From positions 4,550,233 to 4,614,232 of the forward strand of contig CAJINV010000001.1 of NCBI GenBank assembly GCA_905178155.1: a stretch of DNA of 64,000 bases, in the 5' to 3' direction. The notes below the pieces were generated by a model. The model was not told the DNA's origin, ran no database searches, and worked only from the letters and a program-made list of their open reading frames with translations. Shown one piece after another: positions 1 to 15,100 of this stretch (positions are counted from its first letter, which is position 1; each line of letters begins with the position of its first letter). This DNA comes from Amoebophrya sp. A120. Lineage: Eukaryota > Protista > Dinoflagellata. The translations under genes and the position numbers were made by a program.

Positions 1-1808
1 CGTCCAGTGGTGTTCTTGCAGGACATATCCTGAGTAAAAACGTCCCCACCCCATAGTTGTCATGCAGATCTGCAAGCACAAGAGCATTTGTAATGCGCAT
101 CCCCATGAGAGGCATTTCCCATCGTGTTTTGGAAGTTGTAATGCTGTCAACAGGACAAGGAGATGGATTTGTTATGCGGCTTCCCTTGCTAAACTGCATT
201 ACACTACAGCCTGCAACTTGTCATGCGTGGCTCCCAAAACTTTCAGGTTTGTGTTGCAAAATCCCCATTTTGACTCTGGGGTGGGGACGTTTTTACAAAT
301 GATAGCACACGAACCAGTTCGGGGCGATTCCAAGGGCCGATGTCGGCCAAACCGCGGTCAACCCCGTCACCATGCTTCCCCCCAAGAAACTTCGGTATGT
401 TCTCTTCGTCCACAATCTCACATAGCGCCGGGTAGAAATCTGGATGATTTTTGACAGAAAAATTTGCTTGATTCTCAGTTATATACCTGTCGTTCGCGTA
501 AGGGTAAGTAGTACCGCAGTGCCAAATAAGACTCAGCGGCAGAACTTCCGTTGCTTAAAAATTCGCTGGCTGCAAAGGTAGTGCGAGCAACGGAATCTCG
601 TTGTGCCAAGATCTACTTCAAGAAGAATCAATGCGCACGATCAACGAAGCTTCGTCTTCACTACTTACCGCTTCCGTAGATTGAAATCTTCTCCAGAGTT
701 TTTTCATCCAGCAAGGGCTTCACAAAGCTCCAAGCTAGAGAAAACACCCGCGGCGCATTGACGATGAACATGCGGTGGAGGGTCTCGGGGTAGTGGTCCT
801 GATTTATCGCGGACAGAAACTTGATCAGCTTCCGAATCATGGCGTGCGTGACCAGGCGGAAAGATAGTCCGGACAGATCGATGACGGCCACGGAGCTTTC
901 GATCAGGCGTCCCGCCGCCAGGGAGCAGCACGGGAAGCGGATGCAGTCCCGGCGCTCGCACTCTGAAATGAAATACTCGATGATCTCCTCTTCCGTGGCA
1001 ACGGAAAACAACCCGCCCGCGTCGATTTTTCCCACGCAGTCGATGTACAGAGGCATACCTGTCTTGGTCGTACCGTGGTACCTGAAGAAGTTCGAGGAGG
1101 AGGTAGTGGCAGATCTATTGTGCTTTAAACTACGCCCCTTTATTTGCAATCGGCAACGGTCAGCGTCAGAGAGACCCACGCCAAGGGAACCAATTAAAAA
1201 CAAATCCTCTCCAGCACGTCGGTAATGGTTATTTTTGCTTTTCAAACAGAACAACACGACTTCATTCCGCCTTACCCCGTCGGGTAGTATTTGTTCAGCT
1301 GTGGGATACGGGCCTGGATGCTCGCACTAGCACCTGAAACGTGCAGCTGAAACACCGGAACTGCGCTCAGCGCCCCCATCTTCGCGCTTGGATTCGGAAA
1401 TAATGGCTTCGTGCGCCATTGAAAATGACGGTTCAACAGGTCAGTTACCTTCTCCAAGTTGAAGTCGCGCGCGCGACAAAACTTCAATAGCACCATCGTG
1501 TTTCCTGTGAGGTGGTTCGTTTTCGTATTTCGACCTTAAGAATGAGTGCAGCAGTTCTACCATGTGAACCAGCATGAATTTCATCATTGACGTAGGCCAC
1601 ATTGAACAATCTTTTTCTCTTGAGGAAACATAAAACTCCAGGCAAAACCAAACCGATTGATACCAAATGCTGCGTCGACCGTTGCCTGTACGGCAAAGCG
1701 CCGCCGCACCTCCTCGAGCACTTGTGACTGCGCTGGAGTGAGGTTTCCCGGAAACCCGACTGGTGGCTGCATTGGATACATCGACGCGCTCCCGTTCATG
1801 TTGCTCAT
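1..1808 (-). CDS. SEC14/CRAL-TRIO lipid-binding protein, multi-exon, 3' end beyond window start
   Basis: Spliced exons give GFPGNLTPAQ..., LLKFCRARDFNLEK, YHGTTKTGMPLYI, VIDLSGL, QDHYPETLHRMFIVNAPRVF..WSFVKPLLDEKTLEKI, EIVDEENIPKFLGG and DIGPW, all typical SEC14 motifs. It has GT-AG introns plus one introner (26-304). Start codon uncertain (1808 or 1778). Confidence 0.9.
26..304. mobile_element. TIR introner, family E
   Basis: TATCCTGAGTAAAAACGTCCCCACCCC ... GGGGTGGGGACGTTTTTACAAATGATA. Flanking DR GGACA/GCACA. Homologous to 63555-63833 in the opposite orientation. Confidence 0.9.
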
Positions 1809-3153
1809 GGTCTGTCTTCATCGAGTAGATTAGTTACTCACAGCACCCACTAGGCCATTTGCAACATTTAGTACGATTGGACCTATACCAACTGGGGGGT
1901 GAGCACCAAGAGGTAGACACTCGCTGTCAATCCAATATGTAGTACGTGCAAGCTGTTCGTAAGCGCGGATGCCATCCTCTTCTAGGGGTCGGGGTGTGAA
2001 TAAAAGTTGCAGAGTACCGCATTAGGTGCTGGGAAACAAGGGTCACCAGATTACTTACTACTAATTTTAACCGTGCCACCGTGTTCCGCTCCGAGTCGGT
2101 CATAGAAAGCAATGTTGAAAGACGATCCATGAAACGAAAATTGCAGAGATTTCAGTTCACCGGCGATGCCAGGCGCCTGATAGTCCTCACAAATAACTGA
2201 CGCAAAACCTAGAAACCACGACCTGAAAAACGAGACAAACAAGCAGGAAAGTGAACAGTCTGACAAGCGCTATGGAAACAGCTTTAGACATTGTCATATC
2301 CGCTACGACAGCGATAGGTCGCACAGCTTTCTTCCTTGATCTTCTTCCTCGCATTTTTCTAAAACATATTCCGCAGGTTGTACGTTTTAGATAGTTTCCT
2401 CTGCAACTGCATGGTAGAAGATTCTGTGCATTTTAGTTCTGTGTAGTAAACCTGTGACAATAGAAAGAAACAAAAGCTCTACTTCCTGCCGTGCACCCGC
2501 AGCCGAAGACACAGATCTTCATGAGTTTATTTTGCGACGACCGCAATGTAACGACAATCCCATGCTATACCATGTGAAGAGTGGCCCAGTCTTGTCACAA
2601 GCAGCGTTTTTAGAGATAAAAGTTACAATCCTCCAAGAGACCCCAGACGAAGTGGCGCCTCACCAGGGGAGGAAACTTTATTTTCGTTCGAAACAAAATG
2701 TCTGACTTTCTATTATCTTGAAAAGTACTGATACTGTACGAAACCTGATTCTGCAAACTTTTTTGTGATAAAATAAGAAAAGATACAGCCGAAACCTGTC
2801 TGATTCAAGAAGTATAACCACCTCAAGTTCTGTTCACCAACAAAGGGTGCATGATGTTTTTCTGATTCTGTCTGTCTGTAAACTGATTTTTTGCTCTGGT
2901 GTCTGATTACTGTAAACCTATACTCGAAACTCTGCTTTATTATTACTGCGCAATAATTTTGATGTAGTCTGATTTTCGTACATGCGATCGGAAGAAGAAG
3001 TTCTGAAACCTTTTTTACCTGTGATAAACTGAAAGATAATTTTTTGTCTGATTCTGGACCGCTATGGGCGGGACAAGTATTCAAAGAAGGTTTTGAAAGT
3101 TCGCAAACATAACTACCTGCACAACATATCAGCCTCAGATCCGCTTTGTACCC

Positions 3154-6100
3154 TTACTCTTCCGTGAGAAGCATGGCGGCACCGGCGAGGACCCAGCGGG
3201 CCTCGTTGTCGTCCGCGTCCATGCGCATGTTTGCCTGGTAAACGAAGGTAGCGCCACGGAGCGAGGTGATAAACACGGGGCAGTGGTACATGCTGTCCCA
3301 GCTCATTTCCTCCGAAACCAGAGCATAGCAGTTCACCACCGGCATCACGGCGCGGAGCTCCTTCATCTTACTGTCGGTGATGTAACCTTCATCGCCACCC
3401 TTACCTGTGTTGCAAAGAGAAAGTGAAAGCCATTCAAACGCATAACGAAAATAAATAATTCTTTTGTATTGTTCTGTGCAGCAGCATGCAAAAATGCACA
3501 CAACGAACTCTACTTCTTATTCGCAGTATCAGTACGTGAATATTAAATGCAGAAAATGTGTAGCAAATAAGTATCTACTTCTACCTTCTTCCCAACTAGC
3601 GCCTTCCATGAACATTCCGTGAAGGAAGGTTCCGCCGCACGGCGCCATGGCGGGGAGGTCGCCGACTTCGTGCCAGTTGGTAACAAAGGAACGGTTGACC
3701 ATGAAGTCCAAGGGCAATCCTTTTTGACGCGCGGTCACCTGCTTGATCGCCGTCAAGAAACTGTTGGGGTTGAACAGCCCGGGCAACCACGTGGAGCGGA
3801 GCAGGTTGATGTTGTCCGTCCAGCTGTACAGCTGTTGCACGCGGAGAACCAAGTCGGGCATCCACACACCCAGGGACTTCAGCGACGGGTACGCAAGCTT
3901 CTCCCAACCGGCGTACACCTGATAAAATTTTTTTCAAATTTTCGCTTAGCTGGAACAACCGCTCGACGACGATGTGCTGTTGATCCTATCACTTTATAAT
4001 TTGAGGTCTAGCTGAGGACAAAGCAGCCTCAAAAACAAGAGCAGGACTAATGTCATGCTATTCACAACTTCTACCTTGTTCAGGTTCAGGCAGCCCGCGA
4101 GCGCCTCCATCTTTTCCGTCACGTTGAGTGCGCCGGAAATACCGAGCTCCAACTCGAGCAGCGAACGCTTGATCTCGCTCAACAAAATGTTCATTCGGTC
4201 GGATTCCTGGAAGGACACGATCACGTACGGATCGGATCGCAATTCTGGTGGGCATTTGGCACGCACTTCCATCATGTCGACCGGCACCGGGCAAGCCTGA
4301 TTTGGTTTCGGAAAGATGAACAAAATTCAGATCTAGAAGATTCTTGCGGTATTAATACTTGGGGATGTAGTTTCTTTTCCCTAGTGCCAGTAAAAATCGC
4401 GTAGTCGGTTTTTAGAAAATGACACTGAAAATAAGAATGCACAGTAGATTTTCACTCACCTCGAGAAACGCCGCAATCAGTGGGCTGACGCTGCCCAGAT
4501 CGCCACCGCCACCGCCTCCGGAACCACCAGCGGTCGCCATCATGGTCTTGAAGATCTTCACACCAGAATCGGTCAGGTAGCTGTATTGTTCATCACAAAT
4601 GCGATTTAGATTGATCACGTCTGGTTTTATTTCAACACAGAATTTTGATGAAAGAGGCTCCGAAAGAGAAAATAGGACCCTGTGAATGTTATGCTATGTT
4701 CATGTTGCGGAAAACACGACGAACCATGGAAAGGCATGTGCAAGCTGCAGAGAGTTGTGAGAGACTGTGACTGACCATGTAGCAAAATAATAAGTACCCG
4801 ATCTCGGCGTTCGCGTGCATGCCGTACAGGGATGGAGACTCCGCGGGGAATTTCTCTTCGATGTACTTGATGTACCCCATGTAGTCCATCTTGCTTGAGT
4901 CCGGTGACTTGAAGCCCGGAGCCAGATTCATACCGTTCAGCAAATCGGGGATCACCAGCACGGCCAAGTACGTGTTGTTCACGCGTCGATCCCAGGGATC
5001 GGTAATGTGCCCACCATACATGATTTCACCGGTAATGTAGCGAAGATCCGGCCATGGCACGTCGTTCTCCTGGTGGTGCGCGGCGTTCATGTAGTTCCGG
5101 TGCACCGTGGCGGAGATGGTCAAATCCCCATCATTGAACGGGTACTTACGCGACCAGCCTTGGGCGCCAAACTTGATACGACCGGAAATCAGCGCGTGGA
5201 AGAAGCACAGCGCAAACAAGCAAGACTTGAACTCACGCGGCTTCAGGCACGCATCGATCGTATCCTGAGAGAACTTCGACCAGGCCCTGTTATTTTTTTT
5301 TTTGGTGCGATAGCAATGCTTTTGCTTTGATGCAGGAGTAGTTACTGTATGCAGCTTCTACATGATAATCCATCAAAAAAAGCGCCAAGTCTTGCAAATT
5401 GTAAGATTCCGGGGAAACAAGCATGGTACTCAAACTTTCAGATTATATCTCGATCAAACTTGTTGCTAGTCCAAATATCGCAGTTGTAGTACTTACCTTC
5501 TCAAATTGCTCTTGACGTCAGACGGGGCCTCATCGGCGATCTTGATGCATTTCTGCAGAATGGACTCTGGGCACAACTCTTGCAGGGGCCCGTACAGCGC
5601 TGATGGCGGTTCGGAGGTCAGGAAGCAACGGAAGTCCGGTGCGGCGAATTCTTCGACGATCTCCAGCTGACGCTCCAAGGCCTTTAACCAGTTCTGCATC
5701 AAGTGAATGTTCTGAAGCATCACCCTGTTTTTGTTCATGGTTTTAGTTTAGTTATCATCATGAATTTCATTGCACGTGAAGGCGAATATCAGAAACTTAG
5801 AAAGATAAGTGGGTACTAGCGCGTAGGCTGTGGTTGTCGTGGAAGAACTTCGTTTACTTAGTATACGAAAAGATGAAGAAATGCGATGCATCGCCATTCA
5901 ATCGAATTTAAAAAAAAATTCTCCTGTGATACCATCCACCCTCTTTGGCGGACTTGTTTAAGGCGTTGATGGCGACGTTCTCCTGACCCTGTCCCATGGA
6001 GATGTTGACCAGTTTACCATTCGCTTCCGTGACGCCCAACTTGCGGCCCAGCGCCTCGATGGTCGGGGTCGGGTCCGTACCCGGGAAGAGCACAAAGAAG

Positions 6101-9100
6101 AACGGCGAGTAGCAGGATGATTCTTCGTACGTGGACTCCATGTTGAAGGGCTATGCAGTGCAAAAGTATCGTACTCGTATGAATGCATGACAAATTTCCT
6201 CAGCATGAGAGATAAAATTTGTAATGCGGATTTGCCTTTAAAAAAAGATTTGTAATGCAATACTTGCATTTATACGAGTACGATACTTTTGCACAGGATA
6301 AGGGCTCCTGTTCTACGAAGTCGTTCCCAAGATTGTCGTGCACGTACTGCGTTAGCGCGGCGGACAACCGATCCGGACGCAAGACACGGAGCAGCAAAAG
6401 GCGGTAGAACGGGGAAATGTCGCGGAAGGAGCGCGGCAAGTCGGCCGACTCCGCGCGCGCCTCGCCGTACCAGCGGCGCCACCCGAGCGAATCCTGTTCC
6501 ATGTTCTGGGTCAGCGCCCCGTTCACGGACTTGAACACAGCCAGGGACTCCAACATCTGCAACTGAGCCCAGATCCCGTCGGTCAACCAGGACCGGGCGG
6601 ATTCCGGGATCGGCTTGGCGTTCGGGTCTGGGGGCGCACGAATCAGAATGTCGACCTCCTCGCGAGTCGTCGCCTTGGTCAGCACGCCGATGCGCATCGC
6701 GAGCATGGTCGCGATGGTGAGCTTATCGACGTCGAGCAACCCACGGCGGGTGTAGCTGAAGGCAAACGAGGTGACGATGCCGGAGAGCAAGTGCACGCGC
6801 TCCACGAGCTCTTTGCCACTCAACTCGATCACGCCCTCGTCCTCGTCCTCTTCCTTGACCTCCTCGACCGGCGCCGGCTCGTCATCGAGTTCCATGTCCT
6901 CCTCGTCGTCCTCCCCACCCCCGGCCGCGACCGCGGCCACGGGCTCCGCCTTCGGCTTGCGAAGCAGGACGGAGGAGATCGCACGCGTGACCACAACGAC
7001 AAAAGCGTCGAGCGAGTACTTGTAGAAGGAGTGGATCTTGCGCAGGTCCATCAGCAAGAAGAAGAACAGCGCGCCCTTCTGCGCGGTGGGGCGGTAGTTC
7101 TCGGAGATCTCGTTGATCTTGGCTTCGGTGTCGATGGCGATCGCGAACTTCTCCTTCACCTCGTCGGACGTCTTCTTGGCGTCCTCCAGGGTCAAGATCA
7201 GGTCCACGTCCTCGAGGATGTCCCCCTCCGACGCGGCGAGCTTCTCCAGCAGGAGCGCCTCGAGCTCGGCCAGTTTCACCTTGAACTCGTTCTGCTGCGC
7301 GACCAGGGTGGCCTTCAACCGGGCCAGATCCGGGCGCTCGAGCTTCACGACCAGGAAGAGCAGCTGGTCCTCCAGACCGGCTTCGGTCACGGTGAAGTTG
7401 ATCAGCGTACACTCGGCGTGGATCTCGGGCGGGTAGTGCGGGTTGGCCAGCTTCGTCTGCATGAACAGCTTGAACTGCGCATGGAAGTTGATCTCCTTAT
7501 CCCCCAATTTGATCACGCGGGACTTGCCGCGCTTGATCGTGTTGCGCGCGATCACCGGCTGCAGCACCGCGTCGACGCCCTCACCCATGTTCTCGATGAT
7601 GACTGACTTCCCGGTGTCGAGCGAAACCTCGAACGTCTGCACCATCTTCGGGTGGCCCATGCGGGTGACCTGCAGATTGTTGCCGGACTCCTTGTTCTTA
7701 ATCCACAAAATCCCCTGCAGCTGCGGGTCGATGATCAGGCACCAGCGCTGGGAGTTTGTCATGATCGCACCGTTCTCGGACGACACGCGATCGGACGGCA
7801 GGCCCTGCGTGGCCCAGCCCGCGATCACCGCGTCCGTCGCGAGCAGCTTGAGCGGATCCGTGGTCTTGCCCATCGGTACGTTCTTCGCCTTCAGGAAGTC
7901 GACGAAGCGCTTGGTCGCGCCCTCGCGGTACTCGCGCGTGAACACCCCGAGGTAGGACGCGAACGCGCAGGAGACCAACACCTCCCCGGGCATGATCTCC
8001 AAGTCCTCCTCCACCGTGAGCACGGTTTGTTCCCAGATGACACCGTTGGCTGCCAACGCGTTGATCAATCGCTGGGCCATGTTCAGTTTGTCCTCGCACT
8101 TCTTGGCCTCGGCCATCACCGCCGCCTTGTCCGCCATGGCGGTGTCGAACTCCTTCATCAGCTTTGCCAGCTTGGCTTCCAGGTCCGCAACCAGCGCGTT
8201 CACGGCCGCCAGCTGGTCGGAAGCGTTTTTGAGTGTCGCGTTCGCCTCGCGCAGTGCCTGCTTCTTGGGTTCGACCTGCACGACCACCTCGTAGTACATC
8301 ACAATGTTGACGATCCACTCGCACAAACCGGCTGCAGCCAAAGATTTCTTTCGCATCACCTCCGGCGTGAAGTCATCCCCGATCGAGGCCATGCACTTTT
8401 TCGCAAAGTCAATGTTCTGCTGCGGCACCAGACTGTCATCAATGGCCGGCTTGAACGCCTTCAGCGCCTCCAAGAACTTCTCCGGGTTGTTCATCATCTT
8501 CTGCGCGCCCTTCCAGCTGCCGTCCTTGATCTTTCCCTTCTTGTCGATCTCGATATCCGGGTTGATACCCGCCTGCAGGTGCATCGCGCACTCGCAAACC
8601 ACGTCGACACCGCCGGGCGGCTTACCGAGGGCCTTCAACTCCTGGAAGTCCTTCTTATTCAGCACGTCCAGCGCCGCCTCAGCCTGGGCGACCAGCGGCC
8701 CGGCGGCAGCCAGGTCGCGTTCGCAAGACGCCGCCTGGATCGACACCTCCTTCGCGATCTTGTCGCACTTGGCAGCCTCCAAGTTCGCCTTCTCGGTCTC
8801 CTCGTTCACGTTGGCCTTCTCGATACCGACCTCGGTCGCGAACTTGTCCGCGGCGTCGGCCTTCTCCTTCACGAACACCGCCTTCACCTTCAGGTCCTCC
8901 TCCAGCGCGGCCACGGACACCTGCGTCTCCTGCAGTTTGGTCAGACCGTTGGTCAACCGCTCGCGCTTGTCCAGCAGGCCGGACACCGCGCCGCCGACCT
9001 TCGCGGCGTAGAGCTTGATAAACTCCAGGAAGGACTTGGGCGTGGAGTACGCAAACCGCTTCTCGAAGTCGATGTAGCGCTGCGAGAACTCGCCACAGAT

Positions 9101-12100
9101 GCCGAAGGACGCGGGGAAGAACTCGTTGATGCCCAGCCGGGTAGCGGAGTCCTCTTCCCCGAGCTCCTCGATGGGGGCCAAAAATTTGATCCCCACGTCG
9201 AACAGCGCGTCTGCGGGCCAGGGCTGGAACCAGTCGATCACGGTGCAGTTCACCAGACCCGGGAACTTGCGCGCCCGGTTGCGCATGCCCTCGCCGACGG
9301 GCGAGAAGCACAGCGACATGTGCAGGTTCTTCTTGATCCGGGAGATGAAGAACGCCCACAGGTTGTCTGGCGTGTCCGGGATCCCCGACGCTTTGCAGCC
9401 GGAGCGCACACCATTCCTGATCGCGTCTTTGTCCTCCGTCGCATACAGGTCCGCGATCTCCCCGGACGACAGCAAGTCGTTGATGTACACGAGGAACTTC
9501 TCGTTCGTGATCTGTCCGTCGGTGAACAGGAACATGACGCCCTCGTCCTTCACGCCGGCCTTCTGGTACATCACCTGCAGATCCGTCTTCAAATCGTTCA
9601 TCCCGTACTGCCCCGAGATCACGATCATCATCGTCGTGCACAGGCACACGTAGGCCGACAAGCGGGAGAGCGACTGACGCCCAGACCCACCGACACCGAC
9701 CAGCAGCGGGTGGCCGGAGGGCTTCGTGATGATACGGGTGATCTTCGCCACGTGCTTCATGGCGTCCTCAAACAGGACGAGGTCCATCGACGCGTTGTTC
9801 TCGTTGTACTGGTCTAAAGCAGCGTTCAGCAGCTGCGAGCACACCGCGACGCCGTTCAGCTTGTCGTAGATGACGCCCTCCTCCATGCGCTCCAACCCCT
9901 GGGAGAAGGGGACGAAAACGAGGATTTCCGGGTTCTTCTCCTGGAAGTACTTGGTAAAGTTGTACTTGTTGAACATCTTCTTCGACAATTCCGCGGCCAG
10001 CGCGCGGTACTTCTTTAAGTCAGTGACGGACACCAGGCGATCCCCGTACACGCGCTCCGACTCGTGCAGCCACAAAAGCACCAACTTTTCCGCGTCCGTG
10101 AACTCCGTCGGCTTCGCGGACAGCATGCCATCGAACACGCCCGCCAAGTGCCGAATGTTGAACTCGTAATGGAAGTTCGCGGCGGTCTTGCGGAAGGTGG
10201 AGGACACCTGGGAGTGCAGAGACAACGCGCCCTTGATGATCGAGGTGATCACCTCGGTGACGGAAGATTTAAACGGCAGTTTCTCGTAGTGCCCCTTCAT
10301 GAAGGTCGTGTAGATCGTCGTCAACGCGCTCTGTTCGGGGAAGGGCACCGCAGCCGTCCAGAAGTGCCGCTGCAGGCGCTGGTTGATGATAAACGAACCC
10401 GCGGTGGGGTTCATGCAGCACAGGTAGGAGGTGTTCCCAATATCCTTCAGCGTGATCTTCGCCCGGTCGTACCAGTGGTTGTAGTCCTGCTTTTGCCGCA
10501 TCAACTCGATGGATGTCTGCGTGTTGTACGGGTCCAAGGCCGGCATGTTCAAATCGTCAATGAAGTAGATCATGTGCAGCTTCCCCGGCGGGGCGTACAA
10601 ACGTCCGGCCTTCTTCTCCAGCGGAATCTCCATCATGGCTTGCAACAGCGTGGAATCGGTGTAGAAGTTCATGTTGATGCTGTGCGAGCAGAAGAACTCC
10701 GGGTCCAGCGACTTGAGCAGACCGTTGCACGCCTGCGTCTTACCGCCACCGGCCAGTCCGATCAGCATGATAGCGCACTTCACGTCGATCAAGGCTTTCA
10801 TCACGTACGAGAGCGCGATCGTCTCGGTCGTGGGCACGGTGACCGAGCCCATCGGCGTGTTGCTGTCGTAGTCGATCGACTCCAGAATACTGCCCCACTC
10901 CTGCAGCCGCGCGTCCTGGATGAAGTAGTCGAAGACCGTGCCCTTGGACGGGTACTTGATGGTCTTCATCTCGTTCTTCCACCAGGTGGAGAACGCCTTG
11001 CGGTAGTCCACCCCGTCCACCTCGGACAGGCAGCCGCCAATCGCGAACACGCAGCAGAACACGAACCAGTACTCCAGGGAGTCGAACTGGTCCTGCCGCT
11101 TCACCAAAGAGTCGATCAAACTGCAAATGATCATCACCGGCGAGATGTCGAACAGCGGGACCTGGATCTTGGCCTGCTTCTTCAGGAACATCAGACTGTC
11201 CGGGAGGTACTTCTCCCAGTACTTGCGCAGCTGGTCCTTCAGCGCCGGCGTCCAGGTATTGTCCAGCTTCTGGATCCAGGAGTTCACGTAGGACCGCCAC
11301 TGCACGCCGTCCACGTCGCTCATACACACGATACCCGCGCGGGTCGCGGTGGCCGGCGTGGCGTAGTTCAAGTCACGGATCTCGAAGATGAGTTTCATGT
11401 GCAGCTTCAACGGAATGCGCTCGTTGGAGGGCAGGGTGAGCAGACGGTTGTCGTCCATGGTACTGTTCATGGATTCAATCCAGTTTGCGTCCAAGTCGCC
11501 GTCCAAAATGATCCACTTGGGCTGCGTGTCCGGAATCTGCCCCAGGTCGCGCATGGTCTTGGAGAAAATTCCGTCCTTCCACTCGCGCGTGGCCATGTTC
11601 ACGTAGCCGTACAGCTCGTTCGTGGAGATCGCCTTGGGCGAGAAGTCCACCACGGTGGTCTTGTCGCCCACCCGGGTCTTGGCCTTCGCCAGGATCTTCC
11701 ACAGCGCGGACTTGTAAGAACCCGGATTGCCCATCAAGAAGATGCAGTGGCGAATCCCGAGCAACTCGACCATCTGGGTGATCTTCAAAAGCAGGTAGCC
11801 GTTCTCGTCGTGGGTGTAGCCGAAGTCCTCCTGCAGTGCGGCCACGATGATGTCTTCGAAGGCGTAGTCGCGCGCACGCGGCACGTTGATGCCCGGGAAC
11901 AGATCCGCCAGCAGACCCATGAAGATGATCAAGTCATCACCCTCGATCTTGGCCTCGTTGGTGTCACGCAGCGAGCGCATCAGCACCGCCTGTTCCGGCA
12001 GCGAGGGATCCGCACGCTTAAAACCACCGGCGACCACGAGCACCGACTTGATGGCGCGCATACCCCAATCGTACTTGTTGGACTTGGACAGCAGATCCGC

Positions 12101-15100
12101 GGACAGCGCGTACAGAACGGAGAACTTGAGACCGAGCGCACCGGCCTCGGTAAAACCTTCCGCCATACACATGTTCTCCATGATCAGTCGGAAGTCGGGC
12201 ACCATCACGGTGATCGGGCGGAACAACGCCTTAAGACCCTCCGGCAGCTCGGATCGACCGAGGTACCCCGGGTTCATCGTGATAAAGGCACCGACCTGCG
12301 GGTCCAGGTTGATCTCATCACCCTGCAGGATAAAGCGCTTGGACCGGGCCTTGACCGCGTCGCACACCGCCTTAAACTGGACCGTGCACACGGAGAGCAC
12401 CTCCGGCACCAACCGGTTGAACTCATCGAAGCACCCCCAGGAACCAGAGGCGGCGAGACCCTTGAAGATGTTACCCATGGTCAAATAGTCCATCTCCGGC
12501 GCGGCATTGATCACGTAGCAAGCCTTCGCGAGGGCGTTCGCCAAATCCTTCGTCGATTCCGTCTTCCCGGTTCCGGCCGGCCCCGCGGGCGCGCAGCCCA
12601 TGCACAAGTGCAACGCCTGGGTGGCCGTCACGTAGATACGATCGGTGAGCGGGGTGACCACCAGCCGGGGACCGTTCCCCAGGTACTCGTACCCGTACGG
12701 GAAAACGGCATCGGCGATTTTCAGGCGCGCGTCGTCGAGGGTGGTATCCCAGTACCCCTTCAACATACTCTGCCACTGGAACGCGGTCGGAACCACGACG
12801 CCGTCGTTCACCAGCCTCACCTGCACATCACGATTGTGCGCATCCAGCGTGATCATGCACATCACCTTCGTCCGGTCCGGCTTGGTCAATTCCCCCATGG
12901 TCATCTTAATCAGGTCGACGACCAAGTTTGCCTGCGTATCCCGGGCCGCAACCACGCCGTTGCTGTTGCCCGCCGCGAACTTGTCAAAGCCGTCTTCCAC
13001 CAGCATCACCCACGTGATCAAATCGACGAGCAGAGCCACCTGCGCGGCCTGCACACCCTTTTCCTTGTCCACGAGCCACGCCGCACGTTTGTCGCCCCCG
13101 AGCACGCACTCCATATCGATGTACTTCTGCATGTCGAACTTGGTGTAGTAAGCAAGACAGTACCGGAACGCCTCGATGCACTTGTCAAGGTAGATTTCCA
13201 CCTTTCCCACCAGCGGACAGGGCTCCGGGAACGCGACGTACTCGACACCGACGCACGCGTCCATGCCGACGGCGTGCGGTCGCTTGCCCTCGCCGTCCGG
13301 GTACTCCAGCCTGTAGCTGTTGATGCAGTTGAAGAACTTGGGGAACTGCGGCACCACCTTCGCGGGGTTGTTTCCGTTCGACAGGACATCCAGCAAATCC
13401 GCGGAGGACATAAAGTAGAAACGCGGGAACGCGCGACGTTTGCCGTTCATGAACTCGTTCAAAGCTTTCTCGCACATAGTCAGCTGCGTCTGCGCCTTTT
13501 CCAGCTTGCCGAACATCCCCGGCTCGTTGCAGAACTCCTTGGCGAGCTTAGTCGCGAACCCCTTGGCGAGCAACTCCTTGACGTCCATATCGATCCCGAC
13601 GAACCGCTCGGACTCGTCCGGAAGTTCCTTCTTCACCTCCTCAGAGTGGATAAACAAGTTCTCCAAGAAACTCCAGGACCGCTGCACCTCGGACATGACG
13701 TTGCTGACCTCCGCGATGTTGGCCAGGGTCTTCTGCCACCCGACGACTTCGGTCTCGAACGTCGCCAGATACCGTGACGCGAACATGTTCTGCACCGCGA
13801 CCTGGTGCTCCTCCAGCATTTCGAAGTCCTCGTCCTTCACTTTCATCAGCATAATGTCCGTGCCCTTGTGGGCATCAAACCCGAACTCGACGACGGACCA
13901 GGAGGCGTTCAGCTTTCCGAGCGTGATCTCCATCTTGGCCTCCTGCTTGGCCTGATCCGCGGTTTCCTCGACCGCGTCCGGGGTCTTGTGCAGTTCCATG
14001 TTCCACATATCGCGAAGCAAGATGCGGGCGTCGATCGTCACAGCCTTCCCCGTGAAGTTCATCAACTGCGTCCAGTGACGTTGACGCATAGCCTGTGGTG
14101 AGAAGATATTATTATTTGTCGATATTCGTTTTGTTCGGCTCAGTCACACATCTTATCACATCAACACAAAAAACGAAATATTCTATGCCACCAAATTATA
14201 TCATTTCAGCAGACAGCATCTAGCATCAGGAGCGGTCTCTCTACTAATACAACTTCTATCTCTGTATCTCATTATACCGGGTCACGCAATTCTGCCACCA
14301 GGGGACAGAAGACAGCCCACTTTTTGAGCACTTCGGCAATGCCGAGGAACGCGTCGCACTTCCGGTCCACCTTAACCTCACGGAGTTTCTTCCCGAGCCC
14401 TTTGATCTCGTCCTCCATGTCCATGGGTTTCACCTCGAAGAAGCGGGAGTTCAAGAACTCTTCGGTCACCTCGATACGCATTTGCTCGAACACCCACAGG
14501 GAGCGCATGGCGGTGGAGTCTTCCTTGATCGCCTGGAGCAGCTTCTTCGAATTGTTCAGCATACCCGGGTAGTCGAAGTTCTGCGCAATGTGAAAGAGGA
14601 ACTCCATCTCCCCGTAGAACTGGTTGTACTGCTTGTCGACCGCGTCGCACCGCTCGTACGCCAGCTCCAGCCCGGACTTGTAGAAGTAGTAGGCTTCTTT
14701 GCGCAAGCCCCCCACGTAGTTCTTCAACTCCTCCTCGAAGATGTGGATCTTCTTCTGGTAGATGTCGCTCTCCTGCTGGACCAGCGGCGCGATGTCCTTG
14801 GCCACGACGGCGCAGCTTTCGTGCAGCGCGTTGACCAAATCCCCGATTTTTTTCAGCAGCTTGAACTGCTTGTCACTCGGGATGCCCTCCTTCTCCATGT
14901 GCTTCAAGGCTGCGAAAATCTCGTCCTGCTTCAGCTGCAGGTACGCCGCCTTGTCGGCGGTTTCCGTGATGTGGTTCTTCACCTTGATCAGACCCTTCAC
15001 ATCGCCGTCCTTTAGTTTCGCGTGGATCCCGGCGTCGGTGGTCTTCGCGTACTCGTCGAGCGCTTTCATGGTGCCCGACGTATCAAATGCAAAAATTTCT

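Noticed and set aside
57-454. Short ORFs inside introners as candidate transposases
   Set aside because: Elements are only 145-549 bp, reading frames are not consistently conserved between copies and no DDE or other catalytic motif is visible. No autonomous element was found in this window.
7652-13777. Long plus-strand ORFs (721 aa and 1237 aa; also 59059-61932, 957 aa)
   Set aside because: Antisense shadows of GC3-rich dynein exons, with no recognisable motifs.
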